From IMG/VR virus record IMGVR_UViG_3300029305_003176: DNA of 64,000 nt; one strand, 5' to 3'. This document shows, one piece after another, positions 30,551 to 40,802 of this stretch. Numbering within the stretch: the stretch's first letter is position 1; each line of letters begins with the position of its first letter. The position numbers were made by a program, and so were the translations under genes. The notes beneath the pieces are model-generated. The model was not told where the DNA came from. It worked only from the letters and a program-made list of their open reading frames with translations, and ran no database searches. The DNA comes from a virus.

Positions 30551-31044
30551 AAATTATAAAAATACTTTGAAAATAACTTAAAAAATTCATCTTTATGTTT
30601 TTCTGTAATCATATCAATAGTTGGAACACAAGGTATCCAATTATCAGGCACATCCTTACATAACTCTTCATCAACCTTTTCCTCATCCATATATCTGAGG
30701 TGAAAGATCATTTCATCAATAATATTGTTCCATTCTTCTTCGGTCATAGTTCCTGGGTAGCCAGACATATTTTTTCTGTATCTTGTAAGAATTTTATAGT
30801 AGCGATCTATAAACCCACTGTATGTGTTAATAACATCTATACTGTCATAACCCCTAAACATTCTTTGGAAACCATATATGATTTTCCAATATATATCTTT
30901 GAGTTTTCTTTTAATTATGTAATGTTGAGTAGTTATCTTGTCCCATAAAGGAGTGGATATATTGCGACTAGCACCGTTAATTGAAAAGTATTCGGCTTCA
31001 ATTGTTTCTCCGTCTATGATTACTTGTTTCTTATGATTTCTCAT
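30541..31044 (-). CDS. Hypothetical protein
   Basis: WNNIIDEMIF..LFSKYFYNLWD phage-type motif. Confidence 0.65.
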   Translation of the reverse strand: MRNHKKQVIIDGETIEAEYFSINGASRNISTPLWDKITTQHYIIKRKLKDIYWKIIYGFQRMFRGYDSIDVINTYSGFIDRYYKILTRYRKNMSGYPGTMTEEEWNNIIDEMIFHLRYMDEEKVDEELCKDVPDNWIPCVPTIDMITEKHKDEFFKLFSKYFYNLWD

Positions 31045-31309
31045 ATGTCTCCTTTCTAATAAACACTTTATCTTGAAAATGATTATCTTTAAATATAGAT
31101 ACTCTTATCATAGGCTGTTCTCCGGCAATAAGGTCTATTATAAAGTCATCATCTTCGTAGATGTGTTTAATCTTGTTTTTTCTTGGTGGTTTAACTGGCA
31201 TTGGTATAGTAGTAGTACTTTTACGCATTGTCTGCATTACAGTTTCTATATTGTTCTTGCCGGTAGTATTGCCTACGAGAGAGTGTGTAAAATTCTTGCT
31301 TTTCATCAT
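31031..31309 (-). CDS. Hypothetical protein
   Basis: Overlapping operon ORF. Confidence 0.55.
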   Translation of the reverse strand: MMKSKNFTHSLVGNTTGKNNIETVMQTMRKSTTTIPMPVKPPRKNKIKHIYEDDDFIIDLIAGEQPMIRVSIFKDNHFQDKVFIRKETYEKS

Positions 31310-31962
31310 CTCTTTCCTTTCTTTCTTCTCATAATTCCACCATGTAGTTTACGATAATTATTTGTAATTTTTGTTCCTGTTTTTAACTCAGACCAATTTT
31401 TCCCATAAAGTCTTTTTCTTATTCCTTCAAAACCAGGTAGCGTTCCTGGTGATAAATTTGAATGTCCCATCCAACACCATGCCACCAAATCATTTTTTAT
31501 AGATATAATATCACCATCATCAAGCATACAACAAGAGCAAGAACTATGTACCATTTTTTTACAATGCTCTACTAGTTCTGTTTCTGTGTCAAAATAGTAT
31601 GCCAAAGCTGCCTCATGAGGTGAGCTATAATCAATTTTTTTATAATATGTATATTTGTTTTTGTTTTTCTCACTAATTTCTTTATAGCATCTATAACACA
31701 TCGTATGTTTTATTCCATCTTCTATCACATAATACTTTTCAAAATACTCGTCATAAGGCTCATTACATATTTCGCAGACCTCTATAGTGTTTAGATTTAT
31801 TGGATTTTCTCTAAGTTGTTTTATATAATCATCGCTGACCTTAGACCAATCTGCCGCTAATAATTTATCAACATTTAAAAAACAACGCCCATATTTATTT
31901 ATTTCCCTCTTTACATAAATATCTATTATCTGTTCTATTTCTTCTCTTCTTGATATTGTCAT
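31306..31962 (-). CDS. Hypothetical protein
   Basis: CxxC motifs; RBS present. Confidence 0.6.
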   Translation of the reverse strand: MTISRREEIEQIIDIYVKREINKYGRCFLNVDKLLAADWSKVSDDYIKQLRENPINLNTIEVCEICNEPYDEYFEKYYVIEDGIKHTMCYRCYKEISEKNKNKYTYYKKIDYSSPHEAALAYYFDTETELVEHCKKMVHSSCSCCMLDDGDIISIKNDLVAWCWMGHSNLSPGTLPGFEGIRKRLYGKNWSELKTGTKITNNYRKLHGGIMRRKKGKR

Positions 31963-31976
31963 TTTTTTATTTCTCC

Positions 31977-32234
31977 TTATAAATTTAATTCACTTGTTTC
32001 TATTCCGTCATCTTCCCAATTAATCCAACCTAATATATCCTGTGCTTTATCATCGGCTGTAAAGCCTGACTTGGGTGTAAGCTCGTTTGCTTCAGTATAT
32101 AATTCATCTATTTCTTTTTGGATTTCTGAATAGGGAAAGAAATTGCTTGCGTGAATATAAATATTTCTAACGCATTCTCCCGCAGTTTCAAGACCGCAAT
32201 CAATTCCTATTTCTAAACATTTTTTAAATTTCAT
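31977..32234 (-). CDS. Hypothetical protein
   Basis: ORF with RBS. Confidence 0.6.
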   Translation of the reverse strand: MKFKKCLEIGIDCGLETAGECVRNIYIHASNFFPYSEIQKEIDELYTEANELTPKSGFTADDKAQDILGWINWEDDGIETSELNL

Positions 32235-32247
32235 TGGTTTCTCCTTT

Positions 32248-32430
32248 CTATATGTCCATATAATTTAAACAAGTCTTAGCTTCTTCCTCATCTAATGGGT
32301 AATAGTATGGAAGTTCGTGTGGTTCCTTGTGTGAATATTTACCTGTACTTCTATAATGATAATTGCAGTCCTTATACGGACATTCATATTTTGAATGTTC
32401 ACATTTGTATTTACTTCCGTTTATATCCAT
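32248..32430 (-). CDS. Hypothetical Cys-rich protein
   Basis: ATG 32430 after AAGGAG. Confidence 0.55.
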   Translation of the reverse strand: MDINGSKYKCEHSKYECPYKDCNYHYRSTGKYSHKEPHELPYYYPLDEEEAKTCLNYMDI

Positions 32431-32753
32431 TACTTTCTCCTTTCTTGTATGTCTCTGATACAATCATTGTATCCTTGGGCATATGAATAAAGAATTGCGT
32501 GAGTTATACTCTTTGCATCTCCACGACTAACATAGCTTGTTAAATCTTTATACTCTGGTAGTGGTGTGAGAGGGCACCAATCTGGTTTCTTTGTTTTATA
32601 ATCATTGTAATCAGAAATTTTTCTTGCAGGTCTACACCAACCTTTATCATCTCTTATTGCTTTGCAATAACTTCCTACTAAATCACTAGAATAACAGGGA
32701 CACAATACGTTACATTTTTCTGGTGTATCTATTACTAATACTGATTTACTCAT
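32430..32753 (-). CDS. Hypothetical phage protein (PxxC..C..PDWCPL..GYNxC family)
   Basis: Paralogous to 49728-50012 and 51040-51318. Confidence 0.65.
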   Translation of the reverse strand: MSKSVLVIDTPEKCNVLCPCYSSDLVGSYCKAIRDDKGWCRPARKISDYNDYKTKKPDWCPLTPLPEYKDLTSYVSRGDAKSITHAILYSYAQGYNDCIRDIQERRK

Positions 32754-32940
32754 TGATAATCTCCTTTGCGTATTTAATCCATACAGCTAAATGTTCTGAT
32801 AACTGCTCAATCCATTTGACTTCCATCTTAAATTCAGTTTGATTATTGTATACATTTTCTAATCTTTGATTAATAAGTGTATCTGCAAATAACATAGGAG
32901 TAAATTCTTCGTGTTCATTAAGGTGTATTTCTATTTTCAT
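32746..32940 (-). CDS. Hypothetical protein
   Basis: Operon ORF. Confidence 0.5.
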   Translation of the reverse strand: MKIEIHLNEHEEFTPMLFADTLINQRLENVYNNQTEFKMEVKWIEQLSEHLAVWIKYAKEIINE

Positions 32941-33063
32941 TCTATTTCCCTTTCTTCTTTTTAAGCGCATATGCTGCACATATTCCAACTGCTTTATTGC
33001 TCCAATGTGGATGCTTTTTCTTCGCTCTCTGAAATACTATATAATATAGGTTACGTTTTATTT

Positions 33064-33375
33064 TCAATCTATAATTCCCTCCCAATTTTCTAACTCAGTT
33101 TGTTGCTGTTGTTCTAATAGTTCTTTATCAAGCTGCTTTTGGTATTCCTTAAATAAACATTGTACTTGTTTTACACGATAATATGAGTTAGGGTATATTT
33201 CTCCATTATATAGTGCTTCAAGTTCGTTTTCATTGATATAAAAAACCTCAGTTGTTTTTGTAGGAGATATTTCGAATAATTCTATTTTAGGTTTCTGTCC
33301 TATATATTCGTTACTTCTCCATTGTACGAGATAGTTTTTATCTTTGTATTTAACTATCTTTTCTAATGTTGTCAT
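33064..33375 (-). CDS. Hypothetical protein
   Basis: Overlaps the upstream stop (ATGA). Confidence 0.6.
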   Translation of the reverse strand: MTTLEKIVKYKDKNYLVQWRSNEYIGQKPKIELFEISPTKTTEVFYINENELEALYNGEIYPNSYYRVKQVQCLFKEYQKQLDKELLEQQQQTELENWEGIID

Positions 33376-34397
33376 AATTCGTTTTTCACAATCCTTTCAT
33401 TAACATTCATTACAAATTCTTTTATTCCTTTATAATCTGGATTATCTGAAAGAGAAGTATTTTGTTTTGCATAATCTAAACGTTTCTCATAATCATTTAC
33501 CATTTCAAAGAACTCTGAAGTAGGTTGATCATTATTGTCAAGATATTTACCATTACGAATATCCATAAGTAAATTATGTTCCGGTCTATAAGTAATGATT
33601 TCTTCTTTCTCTAAAATATCTAAACACATCATATACAAACGGATGAGATGCATCATGTGTTTTGCTATTTTGCCATGAACCAATGCATGTTCGTTGCGTT
33701 TTCCAATCTTAGAGTAAGACTTGACAGTGTTGTGTAGTTCACTCCACATAGATTTATAGTCTCTGAGTGGATAATGGGTTAATTTAATATCCATAAAAAT
33801 TTCTGTGTCATAATCAGGTTGTACGGCTTTATCTATGTAGAGATTAATACCGTCTTCTGGGAAAGAAGAGTACTTAGTAGTAAAGTCGTGCTTCATAAAC
33901 TCTAAAGTTTTAAGAATATGTTCTTCTAGTTCTGATTGAGAAAGTTTATGTGCTGCTTTTTGATTGAGTCTGTATAATTGCTGGTTTGCGTAGCCTCCGA
34001 AGCTATGGATTGCTCTCTTTGATAAGAAGAGATGTTTGTTGTCTAAGAGTTCTTGTCCTATTGGAGATAGGTGTAAATAATGTTCCGGTTTAAGTCCGAG
34101 CATTTCAATTGTATTAGGATTACAATTCGTCAGTAGGCTGATTATCTTATTAAAAGAATAAATAGTAGTATCAGTTTCTTCGTTTACAAATTGCTCGAAG
34201 TTCTCATTTGTAAGTATCTCTTCTTTACGGTTTAAAGCTATCCCCCTTATATCTAAGTCTGATGTTTCAATATCTGTTCCGTATGCGTGAGAACCACCTA
34301 ATCCTAATAGAATGATGTTTGAATTTAGGTGTTCATTTGTTGATAGGAAAGAATATTGTGGGGAGTGTAATGTCTGTTTAATTTCTTGTAAGTTCAT
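33372..34397 (-). CDS. Pol-beta superfamily nucleotidyltransferase
   Basis: GGSHAYG..SDLDIRG; NPNTIEML; KHMMHLIRL. Confidence 0.88.
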   Translation of the reverse strand: MNLQEIKQTLHSPQYSFLSTNEHLNSNIILLGLGGSHAYGTDIETSDLDIRGIALNRKEEILTNENFEQFVNEETDTTIYSFNKIISLLTNCNPNTIEMLGLKPEHYLHLSPIGQELLDNKHLFLSKRAIHSFGGYANQQLYRLNQKAAHKLSQSELEEHILKTLEFMKHDFTTKYSSFPEDGINLYIDKAVQPDYDTEIFMDIKLTHYPLRDYKSMWSELHNTVKSYSKIGKRNEHALVHGKIAKHMMHLIRLYMMCLDILEKEEIITYRPEHNLLMDIRNGKYLDNNDQPTSEFFEMVNDYEKRLDYAKQNTSLSDNPDYKGIKEFVMNVNERIVKNEL

Positions 34398-34398
34398 T

Positions 34399-34650
34399 TT
34401 ATTCCTCCTCTATATGTCCAATTACTTCGTAAGTTGGTATTTGTCCGTTATAAATAGGACTATAACCTATAAATTCTGAAGTACTATTTTTATAATGTCC
34501 AACAGTTTTAAGCCATCCGTTTTCTATTTCATTGTAATGGAAGACTATTGATACATAGTTACCGTAATCTCCATATTCTGTACGGAAGATATCTCCTGGT
34601 TGAATCTCTGTGTAAGTTTTAATGGTTGGTTTAATTTTGATTAGTTTCAT
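34399..34650 (-). CDS. Hypothetical protein
   Basis: ORF with RBS AAGGAG. Confidence 0.6.
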   Translation of the reverse strand: MKLIKIKPTIKTYTEIQPGDIFRTEYGDYGNYVSIVFHYNEIENGWLKTVGHYKNSTSEFIGYSPIYNGQIPTYEVIGHIEEE

Positions 34651-35884
34651 AATCGCTCCTTTCTATCCAAGCCTGTAATAAATCCCTCATTCTTTTGCTT
34701 GGTATGTATATTGTAATGTGTTTACCATCCCTAATTCCTGAACGCCACAAAAACTGTAGCATTTCAGATAGAGCATAGTCATCTTCATATACCTCTATGC
34801 CATTAGAAATAAAAAAGTTTTTAACATAAGGGTTGATATATTTATTTACTAAATACGCAATAGCCGTCCTATCTCTATATTCATTTGTAGCTCTCATATT
34901 AGAAGGGACGAACCCTTTAGAATATCCTTTACCGGCCAACCTATCTTTATAATCTTTAAAAGTAGTCCATATATTATTATTTGATTTAGAAGTAATCCAT
35001 TTCTCGCCAGTAAACACAATAGGCTTATTATTGAAATAATTTAATGTATTATTTTTTAATTGTTTTAATAAACTATTATCTTTATTTCGCATATACCAAG
35101 TTTTAGATAGGGCAGTATCTGCATCACCAATCATATTTAATTTTTTATCATCATATATAGTAATAAGTTTTTTATAATTATATTTATGTTTGTATTTTTG
35201 TGGTTCCTCAGTAAACCTATAAGTATCTAAAGAATTACCAATAACATACAAATATTTATATTCCATTCCATAATAATCATAGTAATATTTCTGCATTTGC
35301 GCCTGGAACATATAAGTAAGAATGTAACTTTCTCTAAAAGCGTTAAATATCTTTATTGGAAACATCCACATCATAACAGATGTGCCATATAATGCAAGAC
35401 AATCCATTTCGCATAATCTTTTTACATCTTCAAATCTACCATCATAATCAGAATTAGCTCTCCACTTTAATAAGTTATTATCTTTAATATCTACAAAATT
35501 ATTCAATAAAATTTGCAAATCATCTTTGTGTATATTATATGGTTCAATAACATCTGTCACTTCATCCATAATAAGTATATATCCTTGTGAATAACATAAG
35601 TCTATTATCTCATCATCAAATAGATGGAAGAGCACATGTGTTGTTGCTATATTATGTCCACTATTTAGTAAGTCTTTTAGACTAATTAATTTAGACGCTT
35701 TCTCATTATATTTCTCTGGCTGCTTAAAATGTCTATCTGGACAATTTTTAATAATACGTTCTACTTCATTCAAGTATGGTGTAACATACATAAATTTTTT
35801 ATCATTAGATGAACTATTAATATAATTAATTGATGCACTTGTCTTACCAGCGCCCATAATAGAATCAATAATGTTAATTTCCAT
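34631..35884 (-). CDS. SF2 helicase-like P-loop protein (YonV-like)
   Basis: DSIMGAGKT, TPYLNEV, LIMDEV, QFLWRSGIRDG. Confidence 0.75.
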   Translation of the reverse strand: MEINIIDSIMGAGKTSASINYINSSSNDKKFMYVTPYLNEVERIIKNCPDRHFKQPEKYNEKASKLISLKDLLNSGHNIATTHVLFHLFDDEIIDLCYSQGYILIMDEVTDVIEPYNIHKDDLQILLNNFVDIKDNNLLKWRANSDYDGRFEDVKRLCEMDCLALYGTSVMMWMFPIKIFNAFRESYILTYMFQAQMQKYYYDYYGMEYKYLYVIGNSLDTYRFTEEPQKYKHKYNYKKLITIYDDKKLNMIGDADTALSKTWYMRNKDNSLLKQLKNNTLNYFNNKPIVFTGEKWITSKSNNNIWTTFKDYKDRLAGKGYSKGFVPSNMRATNEYRDRTAIAYLVNKYINPYVKNFFISNGIEVYEDDYALSEMLQFLWRSGIRDGKHITIYIPSKRMRDLLQAWIERSDYETNQN

Positions 35885-36201
35885 TTTTCCCTTATTTTCT
35901 CCTTGTTTTTTAAGATTGAAATTTTATTGCCTTTTTGGGGACGCTCGGCAATAAAATAATTTTTCATTTTTCTTGATTTTACTGGCTTTTTTTAAAATTG
36001 GTACTTATTTTTTGAGTTAATTCCTAAAATACAAAAGTAATAAAATAATTTTTTTTCCCTTATTTTCTGCGGTTTTTTAGGTGTAACCCTAAAAGGAAGG
36101 TATATAAAAAAGCAATAAAATTTTTTTGATAAGATTTTCCTTTAAAGGAAAAGATAAAAATATTATTCTTGCCGTAGGCAATTTAATTTTAATTAGTTAA
36201 A

Positions 36202-36232
36202 CATAGTATATCATATAATTTTAATTAGTCAA
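36202..36232 (-). promoter_or_regulatory. Sigma-A-type promoter of the left arm overlapped by operator-like motif A
   Basis: TTGACT-16-TATACT; ACTAATTAAAATTA overlaps the -35, with a second copy at 36184-36197. Confidence 0.6.
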
Positions 36233-36747
36233 TAGGAAAAAATAAAATTCGTTCATGTCTTATGTTTATTGGGTTTACAAGTATTTTTTCTATATATGTA
36301 TAAATATTTTTTTAATATATATTCTTTTATAAACTATATAATTTGATTTGGATTTTATGGGCTTTTTCGATGCAAGATGCGAAATAGGCAAGAAATAGTT
36401 TTACAGAATTAGATTTATTTAATCGGCTTATTTTTAAAGGTTAGTGTGTGGAATTAGTAGCTATATATAATCTATGAAAAAATGGGCTTTGTTTTGGTTT
36501 TAAGTACCCCCCTATTAGTGTTATAAAGTGCCAAAAAACTACGATTTTTTTGTATAAAAATTAGAATAAAATAATTTTATTTTTTTACCTTTTTTTATAT
36601 ATCGTTATAGTATAATTATATTGTAACAAGTAAGACGAATGTATGCAGATAGTATACGCAAAAGTTTCGTCAACGAAACAAAATAAAAAAGTTTCGTAAC
36701 GAAACAAACTAATCAAAATTATTTTATTATTAAAGGAGGTTTTCACT

Positions 36748-37392
36748 ATGAAAACAACAAACACAACAAATTCAATAATCAATGTAACAATTAACGGATT
36801 AACAGCAATGGACACTGTGGAAAAGGTTAAAACAAGATTAGAAGCTGTGGACAAGTCACTTTTTAACATTGCTTTACTTTGTGCTTATGGAACTGGTACA
36901 ACAATTCCAGCCTATATAGATAATAAAGGCAATGAGCACGGCGAAGCAACAGTTGAAAAACCTATTTCACGAAATGATTATATTGAATTAGTAGGACGTG
37001 ACAAGTCAACTATGTCAAAATGGATTAACACAATAAAAACAATTATTGAAAAAGGTTATTTCAATGATTTTGCTATGGGTAAATATCCATTCCAATACGA
37101 AAAACTTATAGTAATTTTTGACGAAAAGAACGAAGAATTTTTCAAAGGTTATTTACTTAGTGATTTATTAAAATTATCTCAAAAAACACTTGTGGCAATG
37201 TTAGCTGTTACTGAAACAAATGCAACAGAAGAAACAGTTGAAGTAGCTGAAGAAAATGCAACAGAAGAAGTTATTGAAGTTGAAGTGGCTGAAGAAGTTG
37301 AACTTACTACTATAACATACAATAATGTTGAGTATACAGTACCTAAAAAAGCCTTTGAAAAATGGTTATCTGATAATGCTATAACTGAATAG
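36748..37392 (+). CDS. Hypothetical protein, first gene of the right arm
   Basis: RBS AAAGGAGG; possible HTH (GRDKSTMSKWI); acidic repeat tail. Confidence 0.75.
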   Translation: MKTTNTTNSIINVTINGLTAMDTVEKVKTRLEAVDKSLFNIALLCAYGTGTTIPAYIDNKGNEHGEATVEKPISRNDYIELVGRDKSTMSKWINTIKTIIEKGYFNDFAMGKYPFQYEKLIVIFDEKNEEFFKGYLLSDLLKLSQKTLVAMLAVTETNATEETVEVAEENATEEVIEVEVAEEVELTTITYNNVEYTVPKKAFEKWLSDNAITE

Positions 37393-37402
37393 CATTATAT
37401 AT

Positions 37403-37434
37403 AAAAAGGGTAGGCTGAAAGTCTACCCTTTTTT
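37403..37434 (+). terminator. Bidirectional intrinsic terminator
   Basis: AAAAAGGGTAGGC-TGAAA-GTCTACCCTTTTTT. Confidence 0.8.
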
Positions 37435-37541
37435 AATGTTTTTATAATTTCGTTACTAAACAAAACAAGTAATTTATTTTACTTGTTTTTTTATTTGTTT
37501 TGTTTCGTAACTAAACTATAAAAAAGGAGGATATATAACAT

Positions 37542-37994
37542 ATGAAGATATATGTATGCAATAATAATTATACTTACATTTGGGGACAGCATATCCCTTT
37601 AGGTGCGTGGTATGGGCAAGACAGTAAGAGTTGGTGGTTCTGTACTGTTCATGGTAAGAGTGAGGATAACTCACTGATATTATACCGATTTAACGGTAAT
37701 CGTTGGGTTAAAATCAACGAAGTATCAAGAACTACGCAGTCCATCTGTCAATGGGCAGAATCTACTCATTCGTGGTGGACAAAGTGCCATTGGTTTAAGG
37801 AAGAGGATAGAGAAAAAAGTTTCGTGACTAAACAAGATAATCATATGAAAACATATGAAAGTCTTATGAAGCACGATAGAAAGCATAAGAAGAGTTCTGG
37901 AATAAGGTTAGACAGAGAAAACTACTATGCACAACATACATTCACAGATTATGAATGTACTAACAGACCAATGCACGATTTTAGAAGTTATTAG
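37542..37994 (+). CDS. Hypothetical protein
   Basis: RBS AAGGAGG. Confidence 0.65.
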   Translation: MKIYVCNNNYTYIWGQHIPLGAWYGQDSKSWWFCTVHGKSEDNSLILYRFNGNRWVKINEVSRTTQSICQWAESTHSWWTKCHWFKEEDREKSFVTKQDNHMKTYESLMKHDRKHKKSSGIRLDRENYYAQHTFTDYECTNRPMHDFRSY

Positions 37995-38118
37995 TTGATA
38001 TAAAATAGCACTTGTTAATATATTTGTAGGTGCTATTTTTATATAAAAACGCTTTAAAGGAGGTGTTTATTATGGTATACTTTTTACGGACTTAAAAATC
38101 CGGAAAGGAGTACAAACC

Positions 38119-38328
38119 ATGGCACAACAAAAAGCGATTGTTTACAAAGTGCCTGAAGAGGTCAGGGCACAGAGCATAGAAACTCTAAAAGTACGCAAAG
38201 AAACATTAGAATATTTGCGTAAAAATGGTTTTAAAACCATAGAGGATTTTATTGCCAAGCAAGAAAAAGTCCCTAAAAAATATAGAGGGAACATCTATGC
38301 ATACCTTATTTTTGGTATGGAAGATTAA
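38119..38328 (+). CDS. Hypothetical protein
   Basis: RBS AAGGAG; terminator at 38377-38404. Confidence 0.65.
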   Translation: MAQQKAIVYKVPEEVRAQSIETLKVRKETLEYLRKNGFKTIEDFIAKQEKVPKKYRGNIYAYLIFGMED

Positions 38329-38692
38329 TTTCATATCTAAAAGTTTAGTAACTAAAGTTAGTTACTATAATAACCTAAAAGGCATCTGTTTTAGATGCCT
38401 TTTTATTATGTAAAATCGAACATACACGCAATATGTATGTAGCAAAGAGTGAGAGCGGCTCAGGCTCTTAGGCTCGCTATGTAGAAGAAACATAGCACTT
38501 ATATAATCTCATATAAAAGGAACGGGCATTGATAATGTATTATATATAACTATTTAAACGATACGCTGACCGTGTAGGTAAATATATATATGAAGTCGTC
38601 ACTAATATTATATATAAATACATACAATGTTTTTTGATAATAACAAAAGGGATTTTTTATAATAATACTCTAAATATCAAGGAGAAATTATA

Positions 38693-38953
38693 ATGGCAGA
38701 AAAACAATATAAAATTTACGAAGGTTTTAGAAACAGGCTTGCCAGTAAATATGCAGATATGACAATGCATATTAACAACATTAACGCAATAGAAAAGATT
38801 ATAAATCTTGACTATATGCGAGCAGTACTGTTTATGAATTATATCATTGAGTACTGGTATGCATATACCAGTGATATTATAAATGGACATTATAAGCATA
38901 TCAATATGACAAGTATTGTATGGAATAGTTTTCTTGACCATATGGCAAGATAA
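38693..38953 (+). CDS. Hypothetical protein
   Basis: RBS AAGGAG. Confidence 0.6.
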   Translation: MAEKQYKIYEGFRNRLASKYADMTMHINNINAIEKIINLDYMRAVLFMNYIIEYWYAYTSDIINGHYKHINMTSIVWNSFLDHMAR

Positions 38954-39075
38954 ACTTAAAGCAACGGAAACCAGTTTAGCAACTAAACTAATAATATTAT
39001 AGGCAAGGGAAATTTATTTAAACCTTGCTACAATAATACTAAGCACAAGGGAAATTAATAGGAGGTGCAAGGCAA

Positions 39076-39189
39076 ATGAAAGGTTACACAACTCAACAAG
39101 GATTTATGGGATATATTCCGAACAAGGGTTATATCCTTTTTTGTACTCAAACAGAATATATAGAATATTATCAGGAGGCTAATCAATAA
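39076..39189 (+). CDS. Small protein (37 aa, below ORF cutoff)
   Basis: RBS GGAGG; MKGYTTQQGFMGYIP... Confidence 0.55.
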   Translation: MKGYTTQQGFMGYIPNKGYILFCTQTEYIEYYQEANQ

Positions 39190-39509
39190 TGAGCAAGGCA
39201 AAGGAAATTTTATTAGAAATCCTCGGTGGAATTGCACTGGCAACAATACTAATAATTTTTATAATAATAGTGCTGGCTACGGAAACAGATTACAATTACG
39301 CTGTGGCAATCGAAGATGAATTTGGAGTTCATTACGAATATGTTACAGAACGAATATGCACTGTAACAGAGATAAAAAATGATCTTATTACAGTAGACTG
39401 TAAGGGAAAACTTTATCAGTTCTACGGCACAGGTTACACAATAAACGATGAAATCATTTGTGTGTTCAATGAGGCAAATGAAATCATAGATACAAAGTTT
39501 AGTAACTAA
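39189..39509 (+). CDS. Membrane-anchored hypothetical protein
   Basis: N-terminal hydrophobic helix. Confidence 0.65.
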   Translation: MSKAKEILLEILGGIALATILIIFIIIVLATETDYNYAVAIEDEFGVHYEYVTERICTVTEIKNDLITVDCKGKLYQFYGTGYTINDEIICVFNEANEIIDTKFSN

Positions 39510-39543
39510 ACAAAATAAAATTATACAGAAAGGAAATAAAAAT

Positions 39544-39765
39544 ATGCCAAGAGGACGACCAAAGGGAAGTAAAACCAAAAAACCAAAGATTAAAAGTTGG
39601 ATATCTACATTAGATAAAGATGACCCACTTTATTCTGAAAAGAGAGAGGCAATCAGGATTGCAGCACAGCTTAAATATCCCGATGCTTGCTTTTATAGTA
39701 TAGTCCAAGCGAAATCTGAAATACACATTGACAGAGCACTTAGACAAGCAAGACTTGCGGGTTAA
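39544..39765 (+). CDS. Hypothetical protein with AT-hook-like N-terminus
   Basis: PRGRPKGSK. Confidence 0.6.
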   Translation: MPRGRPKGSKTKKPKIKSWISTLDKDDPLYSEKREAIRIAAQLKYPDACFYSIVQAKSEIHIDRALRQARLAG

Positions 39766-39857
39766 TGTTAAAATTTTAAACTAATCAAAATTATATATTG
39801 CAATTTATATATAACTATGATATAACTAAATAAAATTATATTTAAGGAGTGAAAAAT

Positions 39858-40649
39858 ATGACAAGAGAAACAATTATCTAAGAGCTACGCAGTAGAGGTT
39901 ACAAGGCAGAATCTATAGATATAACAAAGAATAGAGTTGTATTCCAAGGAATTACGGTAGGCGAAGGCGATTTAAGACCTACGGTTTATGTAGAAAATTA
40001 TAAAGAGTACACTCTTGGCGAAGCTATTGCAGACATCATAGATATAGTCAATAACAATAAAACAGATATATCTACAAATGATATGACAAATTGGAACAAA
40101 ATAAAAGGGAAACTTATGCTTTGTTTACAGAGACAGTCCACGGAAAACATCGTTAAGAGAAACTGGCTTGACCTTGAATTATATGTCAGAGTTAAAATAA
40201 AAGACTTTGCGACATATAAAGTAAACCCTAAAATGTTAGAGGAATTTGGTATAACAGAAAATGATTTATTTAACACAGCATGGGATTGCACCAAACCTAC
40301 AATAGAAGTATCTGATATGTCGCAAATACTCAAGAAAATGGGATTTGAAGTGCCAGAAATAGCAGAGACTTCAATGATTGTTGCCAAGAATAAGTTTGAT
40401 AATAATGGTGCTATAGCTATATATGATATAGAAGCCTTACTACAAGTAGCGAACAGATATAATACAGATTTGGTAATCTTGCCAAGTAGCATTCATGAAT
40501 GTATTCTTGTGCCAATTAATAAGGATACTAATTTTGAAGAATTAAATGAAATGGTAAGAGAAGTAAATGAGAGCGAGGTTGCACCAGAAGATGTGTTGAG
40601 CAATCATATTTATATATTTAATCGTAATACAAAACAAATCACATACTAA
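39858..40649 (+). pseudogene. DUF5688-like gene with premature stop at codon 8
   Basis: ATG 39858 after AAGGAG; TAA at 39879-39881; frame continues into ORF 40083 (GAIAI..ILPSSIHE..VLSNHIY). Confidence 0.7.
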
Positions 40650-40696
40650 TTAAAATTATATGCAAGCCGAAAAGGAAACCAAGTAGGCTTGTATCC

Positions 40697-40768
40697 GGCT
40701 CAGTAGTCAAGTGGTTAAGACGCTACATTCTCAGTGTAGAAACTCCGGTTCGAATCCGGGCTGAGTCA
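40697..40768 (+). tRNA. tRNA-Glu(CTC)
   Basis: Acceptor GGCTCAG/CTGAGTC, anticodon arm CTACA-TTCTCAG-TGTAG, T-loop TTCGAAT. Confidence 0.92.
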
Positions 40769-40802
40769 TTACCGAAAGGCAAAGAAATGGAGGAAATGAA
40801 AA

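Larger units (their letters stand above)
36664..39511. repeat. Cluster of 8 palindromes GTTT(C/A)GT(A/T)AC(T/G)AAAC
   Basis: Copies at 36664, 36691, 37447, 37502, 37819, 38343, 38974, 39497. Confidence 0.7.

Noticed and set aside
39879-39881. Stop-codon reassignment
   Set aside because: A single in-frame TAA; all three stops terminate genes normally and there is no suppressor tRNA.
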